Positions 62,090-64,000 of a DNA stretch of 64,000 bases are shown piece after piece. Numbering within the stretch: position 1 is the first letter of the stretch; each line of letters opens with the position of its first letter. The notes under the pieces were generated by a model, which saw only the letters and a program-made list of their open reading frames with translations, was not told the origin of the DNA and ran no database searches. The DNA comes from Laetmonice hystrix (lineage: Eukaryota). The stretch is from positions 54,066,001 through 54,130,000 of the forward strand of contig OZ249436.1 in NCBI GenBank assembly GCA_965235115.1, in the 5' to 3' direction. The position numbers and the translations under genes are program-made.

Positions 62090-62415
62090 AAAGGTTTTAT
62101 AGGGTTGTGGGGAAGTATCCATAAGGTTGTAGAAAAGTTGCCCTCAGGTTGTTTCTATAAGGTCGTTGAAACGGTTCCAAAAGGTTGAAAATTTTCCAAA
62201 AGTTGTGGAAAAGATTCTATAAGGTTGTGGGAATTTTACAAAGTTGTGGGAATGTTGCCTTAAGGTTGTGGAAAAGTGTCCAAAAGGTTGTGGAAAAGTG
62301 TCCAAAAGGTTGTGGAAAAGTGTCCAAAAGGTTGCGGGTAAATGTCCAAAAGGTTGCGGCTAAGTGTCCAAAAGGTTGTGGGAAAGTTTCTATGTTGCTT
62401 TAAGGTTGTAAAAAT
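62090..62415. repeat. Degenerate 21-nt tandem repeat (AAAAGGTTGTGGAAAAGTGTC-like)
   Basis: Directly visible, best conserved at 62263-62385. Confidence 0.85.
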
Positions 62416-63464
62416 GTCACAAAAACATGATGAAAAGTTGTTTCTATACGTAAACGCGATTACATGTAGTTGTTTTTACGTAAACGAGACATTTTTGCGT
62501 TGCTATACAACATTGTATAGAGATATACATTGACCCTCATATGCTTCTTCTTTCCACTAAATTTGAAAGAAATCAGGATAATTTTGTTTGAGATATTGCT
62601 CCAAATGTGTTTACATCCAAGATGGCCACCAAGCGGCCATTTTGAATAATATCGAAAATCAGTGTGACCTACATCATCCTTAGGCTGTCCCTTTAACGTT
62701 TCATGCAAGATTATATCGTAATATTCCACTGTTTTTGAGGTACCGGCTATAAAACACCACCTACTACTCACTCTTCCGAGCGCGGATAATGTCTTTTTCA
62801 ATAGGAGGTGATTTTGTCTGCAGTTTTCAGTATAAAATCGACCCAAAATAAGGTAACTAGTGGTGTCATTGACTAGATATGGACCCTTAAGTCACCGGCA
62901 TATTATTAGAATGCCTATTTTGGAACTTGTTCACCCTTTACCTCCGGTTTAAGGAAATGGCATATATGACTTCCTATGTGTCACTAGTAACTATTGTGTT
63001 ATCTTGCGCCATTTTCGATATCTTAGCCAAAGCAGTGTTATTTGGGGAGGGGGGGGGGGGTCAAAAACAAATATGGCCGGCATATTTGCTCATCCACAGA
63101 TTATTATGTAACGTTTAAAAGAAAAACGTCTTTGAATCTTTTTTCGTGAAAAATCGAAGTCTACGGGTTGGGGGCTAAAAATACGGGATCGGGTATCATG
63201 AGCATTAGGCCTATAGACAATCAGTGTTATATCCCGAGTTAAATGTAGAAATAGTTTTGTAACCTGGCATTAAGAATACTTCAATTACAATAAAATCATC
63301 TGAATGAATGTGATTCTGTATTTAGGGCTTACATGAGCACTTCCGTTGAATGCTAAATAAATAAGACAGAAAGGGGAAATTAATGTAGGACTACTCCAAA
63401 CTTGGCGTAATCAGTATACCAATATTAACATTGTTAATTAGGTCTTCTTTGAGTGGGTCTTCAG

Positions 63465-63500
<36 letters not shown>

Positions 63501-63531
63501 TCTCTGTCTCTGTCTCTCTATCTCTCTCTCT
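63465..63531. repeat. (CT)n/(CTCTGT)n microsatellite
   Basis: Directly visible. Confidence 0.9.
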
Positions 63532-64000
63532 CGGACTCTCTCGGAGAAAAGGCCTAAACTATCATATAGTACATACACGAGGAGCTCCATAACCTGTTTT
63601 GATTGTTCTCTTTTTTGGGTCCCTGGTGTTCCCTCACTCGTAAAATCTGTTCAAAGTTTTCACTAGAGGCCCAAGTCATGCTCTACTCTACTATAGATCC
63701 GTCACAGTGGTGCAGCATTAACAACAAAGAATGTTGATTAATTGCAATATGGTCTGCTTCTTTTCTTATTTTCCCATCCCATAGGCGTGGGAACCATATT
63801 TTCATGGGGGGGGGGGAGCATGGGCCGGGGGGGGGGGGGGGCTCAGGGGTTCGAACCCCCTGGGCAACCAATTTGTCCTTTTTCCATAGAACTTTCTGAA
63901 ATGGCCATGCTGACCCCCTGTAAGGAAATTTTACCCCTGAACTCCCCCCTCCTTACCAAAATCCTTTAGTGCCGTCATCAAATATGCATCAACAGATAAA

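Overview
Eukaryotic, intron-rich and transposon-dense invertebrate DNA; Meta-type and V-type tRNA SINEs suggest a marine non-vertebrate metazoan, but the taxon cannot be fixed from sequence. Host genes: the 3' end of GET4 (+, 317-900), a tentative coiled-coil gene (-, 2112-3027), a complete but active-site-divergent BCKDHA-like E1-alpha gene (-, 5856-24664, 9 exons, 441 aa) and an 8-exon SLC22/Orct-like transporter (+, 53020-61535, 530 aa). The dominant structure is one 16-kb Ty3/Gypsy LTR element (25052-41114, TSD GTTG). It has non-TG/CA termini (TATCGTAGGG...CCCTACGAAA), a gag-UAG-pro junction with an MLV-like 8-nt spacer plus hairpin, an integrase with a chromo-like tail and a signal-peptide-bearing env/F-like ORF. 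Its 5' LTR is split, between TATA box and poly(A) signal, by an 8.3-kb inverted near-identical copy of its own pol-env-U3 ending in a spacerless palindrome, which could act as an antisense/hairpin RNA cassette against its own family. The remainder is nested MITEs, SINEs, a solo LTR and satellites, many with readable TSDs. All alignments and homology calls were made by eye or from recall, not by database search.
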